From: a virus | Lineage: Duplodnaviria > Caudoviricetes | Strand: one strand, 5' to 3' | Length of the DNA: 64,000 nucleotides | Virus record (IMG/VR): IMGVR_UViG_3300032030_000057 | Location: 15,509-79,508 of that record | Shown here: piece by piece, positions 43,594-54,481 of the stretch | Numbering within the stretch: the first letter of the stretch is position 1 | Layout: every line of letters begins with the position of its first letter | The notes under the pieces: generated by a model | Seen by the model: the letters and a program-made list of their open reading frames with translations, nothing else | What the model was told of the DNA's origin: nothing | Databases searched by the model: none | Program-made: the position numbers and the translations under genes

Positions 43594-43977
43594 TTATTGT
43601 TTTTTTACGATTTTCCTCGAAATAGCGTCACGAACGTACGATTTCTTGAACAAATAACGTACAAAAGAGTAGAGTTTTCGTTCGTAAGGATATGACAGGT
43701 CGTTTTCGTTCAAATACGCTTCCTGCTCGAACGAAATGTTCTTATATGCCAAGTGACCGTCAAAGCCATAAGCTACCCAACGTACGAACCATTCAACACC
43801 ATACCACACAAAGAATAACACCCAAAGCATTTCAATTTGTTGCTTACCATGTATCGTTTCGTGATTGATGTCATTATTTTTAAGGGCGCGTGCATCTTTC
43901 CTAACAAAGATGAAAGGAAAGACACACATTGCCAAGTAACCCTTAAACGGTATAATGTTGTTATAAACGATTTTCAT
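43594..43977 (-). CDS. Small HExxH zinc-peptidase-like membrane-associated protein
   Basis: INHETIHGKQQ...ISFEQEAY. Confidence 0.75.
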   Translation of the reverse strand: MKIVYNNIIPFKGYLAMCVFPFIFVRKDARALKNNDINHETIHGKQQIEMLWVLFFVWYGVEWFVRWVAYGFDGHLAYKNISFEQEAYLNENDLSYPYERKLYSFVRYLFKKSYVRDAISRKIVKKQ

Positions 43978-43982
43978 AGTGC

Positions 43983-44150
43983 CTATCTATTGTGCAACCA
44001 ATGAATACCATAAAGGATAAGCACCAACGGCCAAAAGATGCTGAATACCACATTTTCAAACTCGTTGTTGTCCCATTCCTTAATCTTGTTATAAGCAACA
44101 AAGATACCGATAATGTACAATGATAAAATAATAATAATTGTTGTTGTCAT
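43983..44150 (-). CDS. Small two-TM protein (55 aa)
   Basis: MTTTIIIILSLYIIG...SIFWPLVL. Confidence 0.65.
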   Translation of the reverse strand: MTTTIIIILSLYIIGIFVAYNKIKEWDNNEFENVVFSIFWPLVLILYGIHWLHNR

Positions 44151-44197
44151 AATGATTCTGTTTTTTAGTTATTAAAATATGTTACTTGTCGCGCGTG

Positions 44198-47100
44198 TTA
44201 TGCACAGTCGTACTCCTTCCACCTGAACTCGCCGCTATAATAGAAGCCTACGAATATTCTTGGTCTCTGCTCGTTGAATTCATGGCCGCTTGAGGATGTC
44301 GAGTCTTCGTATCTCAGAGTGCTTGAGTCAGACTTGTAAACATAGTGGCTAGCCTTCACGCTCTTGCAGTTCGGAGCAAAGATAACCATGCCGCTCTCTG
44401 GGTTGGCAGGAAGATTTACGTTGCTTTTCAAGACGACATTCTGTGGCATGGCAACAGGCAAGGAACCATAACCGCTTTCATAGCCTTTTCCGATTATCTT
44501 ATTCGTCCTTACCTCATTTGTATCCACATAGGAATAGCTTACATGCGTCTGTGTAGTCTCGTCAACCCCTCCGATTATTTCATGGCGAGTGAAATAAGCA
44601 CCAGCACCGCTGATGGTCGCATATTCATAGTTGGAGCTGTTTTTTGCTCTGGTTATAAGATTCACAAAGCCTTTTTCATAGACAGAGCTCTGCTGTGATT
44701 CCTTATGAACGCCTATCGCTGCGATGACCTCGTTATTGGAATTGTCCTTGTCGTTACGACAGAATAGTCCCCTGTCGGTAATGTTTATCCACCCGCTACC
44801 TATCGTCTGGTTATCCTCCTTGACGACAACCATGCCGTTCAACGTAGACATCTGGCCTCTCACAAATGCGTCGTTCTGATATGTCCTACCTGTCATGCCA
44901 TCCAAAGCAAGCATTGGCATAAATAACACTCTAGTCAACGACCATGCGTTTGTTTCACCGCCTGCGGTAATTTCAATACTCGACGGTAGCGTCGGTTGGT
45001 ACATTTCAAGATAGAAATAACCGCTCGTCTGAGGTCTAAACGTAAACGTTGACGATTCATAGTCCGACGTGCTTGGATAATGCACCGCATTCCAAGTGCC
45101 ATTACTACCATTTGTGCTACGCAAACGGACGTAGACGTCATAAGAATTGCTATATCGCCTACCTTTACATTTAAACTTGTAAACACAATCTGAACGCAGA
45201 TATACCGTCGCGATAGTCTTTGTGTTCTCTTGATTACCAATAACGACCTTATCGGTAGAGTCGCCAGACGTGACAACAATTGTTTCTCCTAACGGGTGTT
45301 CTTGGTCAAACAACGTATAACCTTTGATAGAGAAACTACTTGTGCCACTACTTGTAATGACCGTACCACCAATGTTTGCACTATTGTTGTACGTTGTACC
45401 GTCGATTTCTCCGTTCGTAGACAATTGCCAGTCGCCATTAAAGATAAACGAACCAAGGTGTGCATAACGTGCAAACATAACTTCCGACATAAAGAACTGT
45501 TGCTTGTTATACACCATCAAGTGCCAATTGGAATCATGCGATGAAGGATAGCCCATATCAGCCATAGAGTAGTATGTCGTGCTTGACGCGTTCGGTTCAA
45601 ATACCCAATAATCGTTATTGTACAAGAAATATGGTGCTTCTTTGTCGTTCACATAGAACGATACGTCAGACGTATATGAGTATTCACCTGCGTTGTAATA
45701 GAAACGACCACCAACACGACCAACGGTAGGCTCTTTTGAAACCGCAATTGCACCATCCTTGACATATACTGTGATTTCTGCTGGCGCATCTGTAGTTCCC
45801 ATACCGCTTTGCACTTGCACGGCTTGACCTTTAGGCAACCCTTTGTAGCCAATAAAGGCAAATGGAACACGATAAGCCGTTGTGTCGTTCAAGCCGATAG
45901 AACCAAAGTTGCCAAGAGCATCTATCAATTCTTGCGTCCATCGGACTGCATCCCAGCTTACAAGGCAAACGAAATAGTCCGATGTTATGATGTTAATAGC
46001 TGCTGCAAGGTTGGCACAAGCAGATTCGCCATAACCTACGGTTTCGCCATATACATCGTATGTCATTATAGATGAAATGGAAAGGTCTGAACGCAAAATT
46101 TTTATAAGCGTAAGACCACGTGACGTTATAGAACGCGAATCAAGAGTAGTGCCATTGAATGCTTCACAAAGTGCTGTTTGGTTATTGTTTTGACCAGTAC
46201 CTTTTAAGTGGATATACATTGCGCTAGTACCTGCATTACCTGTATCTCCCTTGTCGCCTTTATCGCCCTTTCCTCCAGTATCACCTTTATCACCTTTTGC
46301 ACCAGTATTACCATTTTTTAAAATGATAATTTCTTTCTTTGCAAGAAATGTCGTTGTAGAAAAAGAAGATGTGGAATAACAAAAGATAACAAGGGCATCG
46401 TTACCTGCTGAATATGTAGTTGGTAGGTTTATGGAACTTGTAGCACCACCACTATTGTAGCGTGTTAGCTGTGTTCCACTTTTCCAATACAACGACCAAT
46501 AAAGCGATTCAGAAGAACGCGTAGAACCAACAATTTTATTGAATGAAGCGGTAGGCGTAGAGGAAAGTGTTGTGTCGGTAGAATCTGCTGGTATTCTCAC
46601 ACTTTCTATTGTCGGAACGACTTCGTAAAACGTGCCTCCAGTACCAGTATCTCCTTTTTCACCCTTGCCACCTTCATCAGAACCAATAAGTGCAACGGTC
46701 ACTTGTGCCGTATAACTCTTTCCATTGTAAGAACCAGTTACGTTTAAGACAACGCCATTTGAAATACCACTAGACGTAGCACTTGTACTAATCGTAATCG
46801 TAACAGCATTAGTTGCAACACCAGTAACCGTAACGCCACTAGGTGCAGATTGGCGTGATACGGCAGTAACGCTTGCAGCGTGCGTTCCAACCTTCATCGA
46901 GAACGTAACGCTCTTGACCATTTCAGCTTTGACATTTCCGTTGTTGTCGCAAGGAACGGAAATCTTATCGGGTGTGGCAAAAGCCACTGGCGCATCGTCA
47001 CCATCCTCACCAGTAAGTCGAATATAACGAGTGCTATCAATAACATAGTCTTGCAAAGCGTCATTCCACACTTTCTTTTGCACCCTAGACCAAAGGTAAG

Positions 47101-47431
47101 GTTTTGATGATGTAACCGCCAAAGGTGCATCTTGCCAATCGCTACTTGAAATATCTCTAGGTGCGGTAGTAGCACTTGATGTAGTCTTGTGTTGAGAAAT
47201 GGCAAATGTATAATCCGTTTCGTCGCCACCTTCGCCAACTATTCTATGCCAGTCAGACCACACGTTTGAGTCGGTAGAGCGTGTACGCATGTACAAGTCA
47301 CCGTCCTGCCATGTGTCGTGTATCTGACCAGCAGAAGGGTTGGCGTTGGGCGCGTATTGTGCAACAACGCTAACTGGGTCATCTACCGTGATGACCGTAA
47401 AAGAATTTGATATTGACCTTCTACCAGACAT
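44198..47431 (-). CDS. Tail fibre-like protein with collagen-like repeats and ILEI/PANDER-like domain
   Basis: GxKGD repeats (~46230-46312, ~46650-46670); RGLTL...TYDVYG...LVSWDA...YRVPFAFIG. Confidence 0.8.
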   Translation of the reverse strand: MSGRRSISNSFTVITVDDPVSVVAQYAPNANPSAGQIHDTWQDGDLYMRTRSTDSNVWSDWHRIVGEGGDETDYTFAISQHKTTSSATTAPRDISSSDWQDAPLAVTSSKPYLWSRVQKKVWNDALQDYVIDSTRYIRLTGEDGDDAPVAFATPDKISVPCDNNGNVKAEMVKSVTFSMKVGTHAASVTAVSRQSAPSGVTVTGVATNAVTITISTSATSSGISNGVVLNVTGSYNGKSYTAQVTVALIGSDEGGKGEKGDTGTGGTFYEVVPTIESVRIPADSTDTTLSSTPTASFNKIVGSTRSSESLYWSLYWKSGTQLTRYNSGGATSSINLPTTYSAGNDALVIFCYSTSSFSTTTFLAKKEIIILKNGNTGAKGDKGDTGGKGDKGDKGDTGNAGTSAMYIHLKGTGQNNNQTALCEAFNGTTLDSRSITSRGLTLIKILRSDLSISSIMTYDVYGETVGYGESACANLAAAINIITSDYFVCLVSWDAVRWTQELIDALGNFGSIGLNDTTAYRVPFAFIGYKGLPKGQAVQVQSGMGTTDAPAEITVYVKDGAIAVSKEPTVGRVGGRFYYNAGEYSYTSDVSFYVNDKEAPYFLYNNDYWVFEPNASSTTYYSMADMGYPSSHDSNWHLMVYNKQQFFMSEVMFARYAHLGSFIFNGDWQLSTNGEIDGTTYNNSANIGGTVITSSGTSSFSIKGYTLFDQEHPLGETIVVTSGDSTDKVVIGNQENTKTIATVYLRSDCVYKFKCKGRRYSNSYDVYVRLRSTNGSNGTWNAVHYPSTSDYESSTFTFRPQTSGYFYLEMYQPTLPSSIEITAGGETNAWSLTRVLFMPMLALDGMTGRTYQNDAFVRGQMSTLNGMVVVKEDNQTIGSGWINITDRGLFCRNDKDNSNNEVIAAIGVHKESQQSSVYEKGFVNLITRAKNSSNYEYATISGAGAYFTRHEIIGGVDETTQTHVSYSYVDTNEVRTNKIIGKGYESGYGSLPVAMPQNVVLKSNVNLPANPESGMVIFAPNCKSVKASHYVYKSDSSTLRYEDSTSSSGHEFNEQRPRIFVGFYYSGEFRWKEYDCA

Positions 47432-47446
47432 AACTTACTCTTATTT

Positions 47447-48589
47447 TTAGTTTGACTCTACGTGTGCCGCGATGACAATACCCGTCATGTTCTTTTTTCC
47501 GTAGACGGAACTTGCAGCAACACTGTAAGGAATAGTTATAGTAGCCACACCTGCCGACATTGGCAACGTGCGATAGCCACTTGAATCAGCATCGGGAATA
47601 CCGCTACCGATAACCGAACGTCCGCTATCACCACTACCACCAATAATAAGTCCATCGCCATCAAGCAATTGCACCTTATAGCTATTGTACGTAGGATTGA
47701 CCGTGCCACCGATTACCGTTGGGTCTTCGCGCCTACCTACCCAAATATCGAAACTTACGCTTTCGTTCTTTCTTAGGCTTGCTGCGTTACCATTCGCGCC
47801 ATTGTACTGAATATACATAAACTCTGGGTCTTGCATATCGTCAACACTTGCGTATGCCGTGTCAAGCAAGTTGTTTGAACCATCATAGAACTCACAACGA
47901 ATCGTAGCATGGTCAACAACCGTTTGCTCGGAAACTTGGAAAGCGTTTGCATACGTCGTGCCATCTACCGTGATATTCGTACCAGTAGTAGGCGTAACGC
48001 TATCATTAATATACCACTTTGTAGTAACGCCAGTGATAGCACCACCACTAGAATTGTAGATAGTACCATACATTGTGATAACTTGACCAGCCTCAACGAT
48101 ATTGCTTTCTCCATTGACAAAGCTAATAAGTCCGATGTTACCATTAGCGGTGATTGCAGAAATACGAATATGTGCTTCACAAGCAAAGTCGATACCGCTA
48201 CCATTGATAACATAGCTACCTGCAAAGCGAATCATATCCACGTCAACGTTAGCGGAATTTGCAAGGTTTGCCTTGATTTTCAAAGCAGGCATATTCTTTG
48301 TCACATTGTTGTATGTGACAACGTGCGTAGTCTTTTCAAAGCGCGTATCGTCGTTAGCGATTTCAACGCCATTGTAGTACCACTTATAGCCACTTGCAGG
48401 CTCCACCAAGTCACCACCAGAAAGCAAGGTAAGATATATGACGGGTTGCTCGGCGGCTATCGTCCAGTCTGGGACAGCACTTGTGCCGTTCCACGCTTGC
48501 GACAAAGGCTTTGTGCTTGAAAGGTTGCCGTGTAAGGTCGTACCATCGTCAAGTGCCGTAACGTAAAATCTATTGCTAATCTGACTCAT
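47447..48589 (-). CDS. Tail/baseplate protein (Ig-like beta domains)
   Basis: 380 aa, beta-rich, tail operon. Confidence 0.8.
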   Translation of the reverse strand: MSQISNRFYVTALDDGTTLHGNLSSTKPLSQAWNGTSAVPDWTIAAEQPVIYLTLLSGGDLVEPASGYKWYYNGVEIANDDTRFEKTTHVVTYNNVTKNMPALKIKANLANSANVDVDMIRFAGSYVINGSGIDFACEAHIRISAITANGNIGLISFVNGESNIVEAGQVITMYGTIYNSSGGAITGVTTKWYINDSVTPTTGTNITVDGTTYANAFQVSEQTVVDHATIRCEFYDGSNNLLDTAYASVDDMQDPEFMYIQYNGANGNAASLRKNESVSFDIWVGRREDPTVIGGTVNPTYNSYKVQLLDGDGLIIGGSGDSGRSVIGSGIPDADSSGYRTLPMSAGVATITIPYSVAASSVYGKKNMTGIVIAAHVESN

Positions 48590-48592
48590 ACT

Positions 48593-49000
48593 TTATTCCT
48601 CCTTGTTTTCTTGTTCAACATTTACTTCGTTTTCGTTTTCATCGTCGCCACCACCAAGGACTTCTTCGACGCTACCAGTATCTTCTGGCGATATTGTTTC
48701 CTCGCTTTCGCTTTCCGTTTCCTCTTGTTCGTCAACGACTACGTTTCTATTTTCGTCAAGACCTTCGTAGCCAAACTTGTAACCACCAAGCGCGATAAGG
48801 GTTTCGGCTTCGTTTTCAGTTATCTTTTCAACACCACTTAAGCCATTGATATATTCATCTGCCGTGAATCGTACACGCGACAAATCCTTGTTATCCAAAA
48901 TCCAATGTTTGTTGTCTGCCGTACGATAACGTTCTGCGATAAGTCCGCTACGTATCGCAATATCCTCTGTAACCTTGTAAAATGCTATTTCCAATGCCAT
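48593..49000 (-). CDS. Tail assembly-associated protein with acidic tail
   Basis: 135 aa; E-rich C-terminus. Confidence 0.75.
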   Translation of the reverse strand: MALEIAFYKVTEDIAIRSGLIAERYRTADNKHWILDNKDLSRVRFTADEYINGLSGVEKITENEAETLIALGGYKFGYEGLDENRNVVVDEQEETESESEETISPEDTGSVEEVLGGGDDENENEVNVEQENKEE

Positions 49001-49024
49001 AACTATAATGTTTTAATATTGTTA

Positions 49025-50203
49025 TTAATCTACGTAACGATGGACTACCGCAGCATCATTATGCGTAACGGCAACACCATTGTGTGTAACCTGTTCAAAC
49101 GCTCCCAAAACATAGACGATAGGATATACTGCTGCGCTACCCGCCGAATTGGTGCTACCATTGACGTTTCGCAATGTTGCTGCATCCACACGAATACGCT
49201 CGCCCCATCCCAAATCGTATGTTGCCGATTGGTTGTTCTTGCGATATTTCCAATTGAAACGCAAATTCTCTGCTTTCTTTTGGTCTGTCAAAATGTTTTT
49301 ACGCAAGTTTACAACGGTAGAGAAATCCAAATACTTTGTGTTAGAACGAATCGCAGCACCACCTTCGCTAATGACGTTGCAGTCAATATCGGGTATCTGC
49401 CAAAGAACGCTACGATAAACCTTGTCGGGATAAAGGTTTGCAGCACTTGAACTTTCCTTTGCACGCAATACCAACTTGATTTCCTCGCCATACATAGCGT
49501 CAACGGTCAACGTCGCCGTGTTTTGACCACTAACGTACCAAGGCATCGTGTTAGCCAAAACCTCCACCGTACCGCTAATAGCATACCATACAAAGTACAC
49601 TTGGTTGGTGACATCGGTGTCGCCTTTCTTTGCCTTTGCCGTAAACGTAAACGTGCTTGTGTTATCTACAAGAGGGTTAAAGGAGCGCGTAGACGGATTG
49701 ATGACATCAAGCGTAGGATAGATGATACCAGCATCGCGGTTCGTAGACAACGTTACGGTTTCTTCTACACTATGCGTCAACCCTGCGTCGCGTGGGTCAA
49801 TATACGTCGCCATACAACGAATCTGAACGGCACGCGTATAACTAACATTCTTTTTGACCTTTAACGTATTGCCACTCTTGTAGTAGTCTACATTTTGACC
49901 ATCGCTTGTACCTGTGATTTCGGTTTCTACGTACGTACCAGCGGAATCGTTATATTCACGCACATACCAACGTGGCGCGGCACTAAACGACGGCGTGTAA
50001 GACCTATTAGTGTCGGGGTCAAAAGCCGTAATCATCGGTGTAAGCGTCAATGGTGTAGTATGACGGTTAGGCGCATAAGCACCGCTATTGTCATAGTACC
50101 ATTGCTCTAACTGCCCACTAGGTGAAAGGTAAAAAGAATCATCAAGAGGCGCAAGTTCGGTATTGATGACCGCTGGCTGTGATATGTTTAATCTTCTTCC
50201 CAT
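49025..50203 (-). CDS. Tail/baseplate protein
   Basis: 392 aa beta-rich; C-terminal VTHNG repeats. Confidence 0.8.
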   Translation of the reverse strand: MGRRLNISQPAVINTELAPLDDSFYLSPSGQLEQWYYDNSGAYAPNRHTTPLTLTPMITAFDPDTNRSYTPSFSAAPRWYVREYNDSAGTYVETEITGTSDGQNVDYYKSGNTLKVKKNVSYTRAVQIRCMATYIDPRDAGLTHSVEETVTLSTNRDAGIIYPTLDVINPSTRSFNPLVDNTSTFTFTAKAKKGDTDVTNQVYFVWYAISGTVEVLANTMPWYVSGQNTATLTVDAMYGEEIKLVLRAKESSSAANLYPDKVYRSVLWQIPDIDCNVISEGGAAIRSNTKYLDFSTVVNLRKNILTDQKKAENLRFNWKYRKNNQSATYDLGWGERIRVDAATLRNVNGSTNSAGSAAVYPIVYVLGAFEQVTHNGVAVTHNDAAVVHRYVD

Positions 50204-50214
50204 ATTCTATATTG

Positions 50215-53200
50215 TTATGATATAATTTGGTTGTCTACAATCCTAATGTTCTTACCATCGTTAACTTGAACGGTGAGCGTAAAGATAGCCTTATTCGATG
50301 ATGACCAGTTGGTCGGCATATCATCGTTAGTAATGCTTATCTGCTTAACGCCCGTGTGTTGTGCATCCCATGTTCTATCGGCGTCCGTCTTTCCGCTTTC
50401 GCTTTCACGCGTCCACGACCAATTCTCTGCCGCAACATCGTTCGATATATCTACGTTTCCATAGAAAAGGTGTGGCGTTACGACTGTGTTCACATGCCCG
50501 CGACGGAAAGAATAGCCATTCGACGAAACAAACTCAATCGTCAAGTTATCATTACCGTCTACCAAACGCCAATAAGGACTATTCCATTTTGGTTCGTAGT
50601 AAGTGTCAACACCGCCACTCCTTACGGGCTGATGTTGCAAGCATTGCCAACGACCACCCATGTGTCTTACCTCGTGGATTTCGTATTGCAGCGTCGTTTC
50701 GTTATACTCGTTGTAGAAATATATACCAAGACCTGTAGTTGGCGTTTGCATCGTGCTACCGTCCACCCAATCACCGCAGAACACGTTAACTGGCACGGGT
50801 ATTCCCTCGCGGCTTATCTTTACCATGCTCCCGATGACAACACCTTGTGCATAAAGCCAATCGGTATGTTCGCCAACTTCATCAAGAATTGCTCTTACAT
50901 CTGGGTAGTTCTTAACGAACTCTGGCAATTCACCAATCGTTACGCCATAGTTGCCATTCTTAAGGATAGGTGCGTCAACGCCCGTGTACTTGACAACGCG
51001 ACCATCCGTAGTGCTAATCATAAACATACGTTGGCGACGTATGATGCTAGCTTTTATGGTATCATAGTTTGGGTCATCGGGGTTGCTATAATCAACACAC
51101 CCCCAACGCGCTATCGTCATCAATTCGCACGGCTCAAAGTTCTTTCCAGCAGGTGTGTAGTCATCGCCGTAAAGCACAACACGTATTTGGTTTACACCAA
51201 GCGTATTGTCTGTATTATGTGTAGCAATAACACGCATCCAAGACGTGTAGTAGGTATTGCTTCCATCAACCTCAACCGTTTGCCCTTGATAGTCACTAAC
51301 GCCCGCTTGTTTTGCAGCAAGAGTGTTGATAATACCCTTGATGACATTGCCGTACATCTGGCCAGTAATGTAGCCTTGGTACTTTTCTTTCAAAGATAAT
51401 ACGTAAGATACACTTTGGTCGGTTTCGTCAACTACCCTATCTACGCGGTCTATTTGGTCGTTGTCGCTAAATACTGTGTCCCCCTCTTGTGCTTGCAAGC
51501 GGTTTACCAATAATTCAACGACTTCGAGAAATGAGCGTATTCTTGCACTTTCAAACTCGGCATTACCCAATTGGTCTATACGCCACCCACGTCCTGTATA
51601 TAGTCCGCTTGTAAATTCTGGGCTACGTAATTCATCATGGAATATTGCGCTGCCTATTGAATCAAGACCCTGTTGGAAAGTGATACGGCCTTGGCAAACA
51701 TCATCAACGACCTTGCTCAACTTTTCGTTGATAGCCTGTATAATGTTCTCGGAATAGTATTTCTGCAATTCAGAAACTTGCACACGCATACGGCTTACAT
51801 CGTCCGTAACCTGTCCTATTTGGTTCAAGACAATCTCAACGTCATCGGTAAGCGTAATATCGTATGTTGGCAGTATTCCACTATACTTTATCGTTATCTG
51901 CTTAACATACAATGCCATTGGAAGTTCGCCTCCGTATTGGAAGCGCACAATGGTATTGTTGCGTATCTGTGAAAGAATGTTGGTGTGTGTTGCAAGGAAA
52001 TACTCATCGAATTTCAACGGATATTCGTAATAATGCACGTTGTTTTCGCGCATATATTCCTTTGCAGCGTCATCAAGTCTTGCTTCGGCATTGGTAACAT
52101 ACGTTGTAGGCAAAGAAATACCAAGTATTACAAATTCGTCACCACTATGCGGTTGCTGATACGTGTTAGGCATCAACGTTCCGAAAGTGTCCAAGTCTTT
52201 CTTGACAACGAACGTTACCTGACCCAAATTTGTCTTTGGGTATTTTGTCAAGTCGCGTTGTTCTCCATCAGGCACAAAGTTGCCATCGGAATCGTAGAAG
52301 TTTTTCTTGTAGTCATCCCAATCAACGGCAATATCAAACGTACAGCCAATGCAAGCACCACTACGCATATTGATTTTCATTTCCTCGGTTATGCTTGCAC
52401 AAGCATAGAGGTCGAAATCAAGTTGTGGCAAAGTCATCTTGAAATAACTCTGCTTGTAGTTGCCGTCATCATCAATATCATCAATCCATTCCGCTGTGGT
52501 TTCTGGTGCTACTTGTCCCTCTTTTAATGCTGCCAAATCATAGTTTACGTTATCGGAAACATATTTGACGTAGTAGAAATTTTCATCGGTTGTAACATCG
52601 CAAGAAAATGTGTAAGAACCACCTGTATTTGAATCGTGATAAGAATCAGCTCCGCTATTGACTGCGTTGTACAGTCCAAGAAGTGCTGCCTTTTCATTTT
52701 CGTTTTTAACCGTTGTAATCTTGTTGAGCAAAGAGCCGAGAAATGCGTTAACATACGTTATTTCCTTTACGCCAATATCTTCTGGAGCATTGTAAGGTAT
52801 TGCGTCGGCAACTATTGATGTTTCGCCAAATTCGGGTTTAATGTCTTCAAATTGATGTATTTCTACTGATTCAGAACCTTCAACAACAGGATTGACATAG
52901 CTTCCGTCTGCATCGTAGTAGTCTACAAGTTCAATGGTTGGGTCAAAGTTTGGATTTAACGTGCCATCTGGCATGTATGGGCTTACCTTGTTGAACAAAG
53001 TTTCCCTGTACACAGACGGCATCAGAGTCTTGCGTGTAAACGGATGCTTGATGAGGTTGACATATTGTCCACCAAGAATACCCTTGTAGATTGGTAGTGA
53101 GCCTTCAGCAGACAAATCATTGTTGACGGTATATTTCCAAGTTTGGTCTCCAAACCATTGTATTTGAGGATAACCAAACGGAATATTGTTTTCACTACCA

Positions 53201-54030
53201 TAACCTATAATACGTGTGACGATTTTGTTGTTCTTTGGTGTGCGTGAATTGTTCTTCAAGCCAACACCCTGTCCAAAGCGGAATATATAAGGCTCGTCTT
53301 GGTCATCAAGTATTTCGTTTGACGGAGTTCCAAACAATATCAAGAAACGCTTTCCTTGTGCGTAGCGTGCATCCGTAGAAGCAATTTGGTCTACAACAAA
53401 AGGTATCTCCCATGTTTCATAGGATGTCTTCAAGACTTCACTCACGTAGGTCTTGTCAAACGAAAGAGGCTCATCTGGAATCTTTGCGGCCTTTTGCCAC
53501 ATAGGGGTTTCCGTTACACCATCTTGCTCGTAGTGTTCTATATTTGTACCAACTATCCATTGTGTGCCTTGCAAATTCTTGTTCAACTTGGCAACCATAT
53601 CGAAAAGATTGCCAATCCAATTGAACGTCTTGCTATTTGAAAGGTATTTCTGTTCGTCTGACGATACTGCAACATCCGTAAAAGGAAAATTGCTTACGGC
53701 ACACATTGGATGGTAGAACACAAACGAATACTTCGTCATTCCACGAAGTTCTGAGTTGTCGGAAACAATACCTTCGCGTACAACCGTTGGGGGATTAACA
53801 AGAACAAACTTTACGGCTTCGCTGTCCTCGTTGCGTTTGTATTCTATATATTCCGACATCGTGACGGCAAGTGTATTGTCCCTGTAATACACGTCACCAG
53901 TAACCTTGTCACCAAGCGACATCACAACACTATCAAATGTAGCATTGTGTAATACAAGTCCATTGAACGGTGTGCCGTCAGCGTTATATATCTGGAATAC
54001 AAGATTCCTTCCTATCGGAGTTGAAGCCAT
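50215..54030 (-). CDS. Large tail hub/Tal-like protein (start revised to MASTPIG)
   Basis: IVTRIIGYGSENN tail-endopeptidase-like motif; 1270 aa. Confidence 0.85.
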   Translation of the reverse strand: MASTPIGRNLVFQIYNADGTPFNGLVLHNATFDSVVMSLGDKVTGDVYYRDNTLAVTMSEYIEYKRNEDSEAVKFVLVNPPTVVREGIVSDNSELRGMTKYSFVFYHPMCAVSNFPFTDVAVSSDEQKYLSNSKTFNWIGNLFDMVAKLNKNLQGTQWIVGTNIEHYEQDGVTETPMWQKAAKIPDEPLSFDKTYVSEVLKTSYETWEIPFVVDQIASTDARYAQGKRFLILFGTPSNEILDDQDEPYIFRFGQGVGLKNNSRTPKNNKIVTRIIGYGSENNIPFGYPQIQWFGDQTWKYTVNNDLSAEGSLPIYKGILGGQYVNLIKHPFTRKTLMPSVYRETLFNKVSPYMPDGTLNPNFDPTIELVDYYDADGSYVNPVVEGSESVEIHQFEDIKPEFGETSIVADAIPYNAPEDIGVKEITYVNAFLGSLLNKITTVKNENEKAALLGLYNAVNSGADSYHDSNTGGSYTFSCDVTTDENFYYVKYVSDNVNYDLAALKEGQVAPETTAEWIDDIDDDGNYKQSYFKMTLPQLDFDLYACASITEEMKINMRSGACIGCTFDIAVDWDDYKKNFYDSDGNFVPDGEQRDLTKYPKTNLGQVTFVVKKDLDTFGTLMPNTYQQPHSGDEFVILGISLPTTYVTNAEARLDDAAKEYMRENNVHYYEYPLKFDEYFLATHTNILSQIRNNTIVRFQYGGELPMALYVKQITIKYSGILPTYDITLTDDVEIVLNQIGQVTDDVSRMRVQVSELQKYYSENIIQAINEKLSKVVDDVCQGRITFQQGLDSIGSAIFHDELRSPEFTSGLYTGRGWRIDQLGNAEFESARIRSFLEVVELLVNRLQAQEGDTVFSDNDQIDRVDRVVDETDQSVSYVLSLKEKYQGYITGQMYGNVIKGIINTLAAKQAGVSDYQGQTVEVDGSNTYYTSWMRVIATHNTDNTLGVNQIRVVLYGDDYTPAGKNFEPCELMTIARWGCVDYSNPDDPNYDTIKASIIRRQRMFMISTTDGRVVKYTGVDAPILKNGNYGVTIGELPEFVKNYPDVRAILDEVGEHTDWLYAQGVVIGSMVKISREGIPVPVNVFCGDWVDGSTMQTPTTGLGIYFYNEYNETTLQYEIHEVRHMGGRWQCLQHQPVRSGGVDTYYEPKWNSPYWRLVDGNDNLTIEFVSSNGYSFRRGHVNTVVTPHLFYGNVDISNDVAAENWSWTRESESGKTDADRTWDAQHTGVKQISITNDDMPTNWSSSNKAIFTLTVQVNDGKNIRIVDNQIIS

Positions 54031-54479
54031 CTTACTACTTTTATGATTGCAAATATAATAACTAAAATCGAAAAACACATGGAAATCCAGAAAATTTTAG
54101 GAATTTTTGTCTTTTCAGTTACGTTTTTTTTATATTCCGTCACAACGCTATCGCGCCAACATGTGTCGTGTTTTTCTACAACTCTATCCCTCCACTTCGT
54201 CACCTCCTTGTATTTGGTGGCAAAGACCGTATCGCCTTTCTGGATGATAGAAAAGTACACGCTGTCAGTACTTTTTTCCACAAGTGTGTCGCGTACGGTG
54301 TTCGTGATGTAATGGTTAACATCCCTGTCACGATACTCAATCTTCGTTTTTGTAGCGCACGACGACATCAGTATCAGTGCAAGTGCAATTACTGCGATAA
54401 CCTTTGTAATCTGGCCTGCACAACCATGACTTTCAACTACCTGTTCAAAAATCTTCTGCATATACTCTTCTCTTTTCAT
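54012..54479 (-). CDS. Spanin-like lipoprotein (lipobox plus C-terminal TM)
   Basis: LILMSSC lipobox; C-terminal hydrophobic helix; follows endolysin. Confidence 0.7.
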   Translation of the reverse strand: MKREEYMQKIFEQVVESHGCAGQITKVIAVIALALILMSSCATKTKIEYRDRDVNHYITNTVRDTLVEKSTDSVYFSIIQKGDTVFATKYKEVTKWRDRVVEKHDTCWRDSVVTEYKKNVTEKTKIPKIFWISMCFSILVIIFAIIKVVRWLQLR

Positions 54480-54481
54480 TT

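Noticed and set aside
40657-47431. Diversity-generating retroelement or invertible tail shufflon
   Set aside because: No reverse transcriptase, no TR/VR pair, no inverted cassettes or nearby invertase in the window
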